From Promethearchaeota archaeon (GTDB lineage: Archaea; Asgardarchaeota; Lokiarchaeia; Sigyniarchaeales; SOKP01): DNA of 64,000 bases. Shown piece by piece: positions 60,476 to 64,000 of this stretch (position 1 is the first letter of the stretch; the number at the start of each line of letters is the position of its first letter). Under the pieces are notes generated by a model that saw only the letters and a program-made list of their open reading frames with translations, was not told where the DNA came from and made no database searches. Where the stretch lies: positions 1 to 64,000 of the forward strand of contig JAHPZA010000006.1 in assembly GCA_019058445.1 (NCBI GenBank). The letters run 5' to 3'. The translations under genes and the position numbers were made by a program.

Positions 60476-61951
60476 ATGGTTCTACCTATGAACAGTAAAA
60501 CAATTGAATCGCTTAATGCCTTATTTTATCCAAAAAATTTGGCGATATATGAGGCAAGTGAAAAACTATGGTATTTCATGATGGGGCTTAATGACCTTAA
60601 TTTTGATAAAAATAAATTATTTTTAATCAGTCCCTCAAAAGAAGAAATATCAGGTATAAAGTGTTATAAATCCTTAAAAGACGTTCCAGATGATACAATT
60701 GATCATTTAATATTATCAGTTGGAAGAGATAGAATAGTCGAAAGTCTAAAAACGATTCTATCTCAAAAAAAAATAAGATCAATGCACATTTTTACCGCAG
60801 GAATGGGAGAGTCTGACAATCAAGGTGTAGAAATTGAGAAACAAGTTAAAGATATCCTTGACAAGGATACAAACACGCGTGCAACTGGTCCTAACGGTAT
60901 GGGTGTTTATTCAGCAAAAGGACACTTAGCATATGAACCTCTAATGCCTAAAGAACCCGGAAATATATCTCTAGTATTTCAATCAGGAGATCTTCACTCG
61001 CAAATGGTAAGACTTGGTGCTATTCGCCATGGATTAAGATATTCAAAAGGAGTTAGCATTGGAAACTGTTTAGATCTGCAAGTTGCAGATATGCTAGAAT
61101 ATTATAATAATGATAGAGATACTGATTTAATTTTAGTGTATTTTGAAGGCTTTAACTCGCTACACCCAAACGAAGGAAAAAGATTCTTAAAAACTCTCAG
61201 AGAGATGAAAAAACCCGTATTATTTATGAATGGTGGAAGTACGAAAAGATCGCAAACTGCCGCATTATCTCATACAGGCTCAATTGGTACAAGTCAAAAG
61301 ATTTGGAAAGGAATCTATAAACAAATGCCTATATTGGAAGTTCCCACATCTTTAGATGATATGATAGACTACACTTATCTCTTTTCTAATGTAATAAATC
61401 GATATAAAAGTAAAAATAAGGAAGTAGTATACCCTAAAGGGAAAAATGCATTGATAATTCTCTGGTCTGGAGGTTTTGGAATTGCTGCAACAAATACTTT
61501 AACAGAATTAGGAATGAATGTGCCTGTCTTCAAAGGTGAGTTTTTAGAAAAATTAAGAAAAATCTATCCCGTTAAAATTGGAAGTCTTTCCAATCCTATA
61601 GATTTACCATGGATCTCCTCTTCTGATAAATACCTAGATCTTGCATTGACTGCCATCACAAAAGATATAAATCTTGTTATGGTTTTAACCGATGCGTGGG
61701 AAGATATTGAGAGTGAAGATTATTTTCAAAAATATTATAACAATTTACTGAAAATAAAGGAACACACAGAATCTTTAGATAGTATTTTTTCCTTGGTTTT
61801 TCCTTATTACCCCGCAAGAAGGAGGAGAAAATATTATTCTAAACTCCAGAAAGATGAATTTATAATTTATCCCTCTTTTCGAAGAGCCGCAAAATCATTC
61901 TTAGCTCTTTATGAGTATGGGAGGAAAATTAACAAAATTAATCAAAAATAA
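60476..61951 (+). CDS. ADP-forming acyl-CoA synthetase alpha-like paralogue 4
   Basis: GPNGMG, QSG, SHTG, SNPID. Confidence 0.85.
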   Translation: MVLPMNSKTIESLNALFYPKNLAIYEASEKLWYFMMGLNDLNFDKNKLFLISPSKEEISGIKCYKSLKDVPDDTIDHLILSVGRDRIVESLKTILSQKKIRSMHIFTAGMGESDNQGVEIEKQVKDILDKDTNTRATGPNGMGVYSAKGHLAYEPLMPKEPGNISLVFQSGDLHSQMVRLGAIRHGLRYSKGVSIGNCLDLQVADMLEYYNNDRDTDLILVYFEGFNSLHPNEGKRFLKTLREMKKPVLFMNGGSTKRSQTAALSHTGSIGTSQKIWKGIYKQMPILEVPTSLDDMIDYTYLFSNVINRYKSKNKEVVYPKGKNALIILWSGGFGIAATNTLTELGMNVPVFKGEFLEKLRKIYPVKIGSLSNPIDLPWISSSDKYLDLALTAITKDINLVMVLTDAWEDIESEDYFQKYYNNLLKIKEHTESLDSIFSLVFPYYPARRRRKYYSKLQKDEFIIYPSFRRAAKSFLALYEYGRKINKINQK

Positions 61952-62233
61952 TTTCTGAACTTATTATTTATCTTCATTCGAAGAAAATTTGATTTTTCAA
62001 TTCTTAACCAATTCTTTTTACTTTTTCAAATGGTGATACGGCAATATTACATGAGTATTTTTAGCATTAAAGGATTTGATTCTTAAGTAAGAAAAATTGT
62101 CATCGGAAAGATATCTAGAGGAGACATAAATAAATTCATTGAAAAGTTGTGCAGTTTATTACTAATTTTACAGAGTGTTTCAATATAAATGAAAAAAATT
62201 ATATTGAATTACTAAATTTAAACGAGATTAAAC

Positions 62234-62800
62234 ATGGCTATCGTAAAGACAACCAATCACGTTGAACTGAAGGCGGATGAACTAATTCACATCCAGTTCA
62301 TATGCCCAGTCTGTAAATCTGAAAAAGAGCTTTCAATAAATAAATCAGTCATTAATCAAGCAAAGCAATTAACCACCATATCAATACCCCAGAATAAAAT
62401 CTGTCAGCATCATTTTCAAGCATTTGTGGATAAAAATTTTAAAGTACGAGGTTACCAAAAAGTCGATTTCTCTTTTGATTCTGATAATACAGGGGATCAA
62501 AGTATCATTATTTATAATGCAAAACGGAATGATAAAGAACTATTTAAAAATTTGATGTTGAAAGCAAACTACGTCGAATATTGCCCTGGTGATGCGGAAA
62601 ATCATAAGGGTGAGAGACAAAATAAATTCAACCACCAAAAGAAAAAAAATGAAATATCAAGAGTGAAGAAATTGCGAATAGAAAAAAAAGAAATGACTCT
62701 TGAGGAAATTTATGAGCAATTTTGGGATTTTATCGATGATGATAACCAAGAATTTCGAGAGTTTATTATAAAGGATCAAAGAAGAGAGAATAAATTCTAA
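62234..62800 (+). CDS. Zn-binding hypothetical protein
   Basis: CPVC...CQHHFQAFVDKNFKVRGYQ. Confidence 0.65.
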   Translation: MAIVKTTNHVELKADELIHIQFICPVCKSEKELSINKSVINQAKQLTTISIPQNKICQHHFQAFVDKNFKVRGYQKVDFSFDSDNTGDQSIIIYNAKRNDKELFKNLMLKANYVEYCPGDAENHKGERQNKFNHQKKKNEISRVKKLRIEKKEMTLEEIYEQFWDFIDDDNQEFREFIIKDQRRENKF

Positions 62801-62970
62801 TGACAGAAATCATTTTGAAAGAAAATATCATAAAGGATAATTTCATAAATTGTGCCTTTTATGAAAAATGTACTTTACCTAAACGGAATACCCTCTGTGA
62901 CCGTTTTCCAGATTATACTATCTGCCCTGAATTTCAGGCAAAAAGAACCAAATTAATTCGTCATAATTAA
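62800..62970 (+). CDS. Small 4-Cys protein (56 aa, not in ORF track)
   Basis: TAATG coupling; CAFYEKC..LC..ICPEF. Confidence 0.6.
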   Translation: MTEIILKENIIKDNFINCAFYEKCTLPKRNTLCDRFPDYTICPEFQAKRTKLIRHN

Positions 62971-63102
62971 AATTCTCAAAAATTATTTTTATCTCTTTTT
63001 TAATAGCAATAAATTCTTATTGACAATCATCTTTAAATAAAGAGAAAATTAAAAAAAAAAAGAAAAGATTTAATTAATTAATTCAAGATTAATTTAATTT
63101 GC

Positions 63103-63309
63103 TTAGATTAAACCAATAGCAATTTTCATATCTTGTTGTGTGACTTTCTTTCGCCCACTGTGTTTTGCGATGTCAAGAGCACATGCAGTTAAGTCTTTGG
63201 CATATTCTTCAAGATAGTCCATTAACTTATCAACTGCGGCTCTACTTACGATCTCAGCTCCTGCTTTTTTCATTAAAGCTCTAAGTGGGCTCCAGGCAAA
63301 TGCGGCCAT
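63103..63309 (-). CDS. Archaeal histone
   Basis: PLRALMKKAGAEIVS..AKHSGRKKVT..D histone fold. Confidence 0.93.
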   Translation of the reverse strand: MAAFAWSPLRALMKKAGAEIVSRAAVDKLMDYLEEYAKDLTACALDIAKHSGRKKVTQQDMKIAIGLI

Positions 63310-63843
63310 AATTTATCATTCCTCCACTAATTTTTAATTAATAATTATGTTTTTTAAGATTTTAAATAACTTAGTTATATTAAGATTAACATTTCTTATA
63401 TTTAAATATGTTGGTTGATCTTTATGAATCCGATTAATTTGATCAACCACTTTTGGTCGACAAAAAAAGTTATCAAAGATAAAAAAAAAATTCTTTACTT
63501 GTGAAATTCATTTAATGATCTGAAATAAACATGAGTATATTTTGATCGGTTCATAATATGAATATGATCACACTGTATTATTAACATGAAAAATTTCAAC
63601 CCATTTATGTAAACTGAACTGATAGCAAAAACTTTTAGATGGTTATGGTTAGAAATCTAAAAGAAACCTCTTTTTTTAGTCTCATTTTCTCACATTTTTC
63701 CAATAAAGAAAATAATTAATATATTTAGTTTTTAAATAATCCTTGCATTATGATTCTTCCATTAAACAATATTATCAGTAGTATTAATTTTAAAAAGGAT
63801 TTATGTTAACAAGTAATATATTTCGAGATAATTGAGTTTTATT

Positions 63844-64000
63844 ATGAAGTATGATGTAGTAGTCTCGGGAGCGGGTCCCGCAGGTTCTAGGTGTGCTGAA
63901 GTCATCGCAAAAGCAGGTTATAAGGTTGCATTGATTGAAAAAGATATAAATTTCCGAAAGCCATGTGGTGGGGGAATTCCAAGAGCCAGCATATTTAGAT
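63844..64000 (+). CDS. Geranylgeranyl reductase-family flavoprotein, partial
   Basis: YDVVVSGAGPAGS..LIEK..KPCGGG; runs off window. Confidence 0.85.
   Translation, partial: MKYDVVVSGAGPAGSRCAEVIAKAGYKVALIEKDINFRKPCGGGIPRASIFR

Overview
AT-rich archaeal chromosome window, most likely an Asgard archaeon of Lokiarchaeia type (inferred from STT3-like AglB, Arf-like small GTPase, histone, split RpoA'/A'', aIF2-alpha/Nop10/GINS/PriSL/PCNA and an expanded acyl-CoA ligase family). Housekeeping genes occupy 1-25.7 kb and 43.4-64 kb. Between them lies a 17.6 kb integrated HK97-type provirus (25721-43371) bounded by a perfect 17-bp direct repeat. Removing it restores an 11-6-11 palindromic, dif-like site rather than a tRNA. 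The element encodes a tyrosine integrase, its own TFB/TFIIB homologue, RHH regulators, an origin-like repeat region, a KTSC protein flanked by two strongly structured non-coding segments, a complete head/packaging module, a beta-propeller protein and a HExxH peptidase. It has no recognisable tail tube, tape measure or replication gene. Host oddities include an apparent ATA start on rps12, an H1-like tail on RpoA', an HTH-fused degenerate NrdD and four tandem ACD-alpha paralogues. All calls come from motif reading; no searches or folding programs were run.
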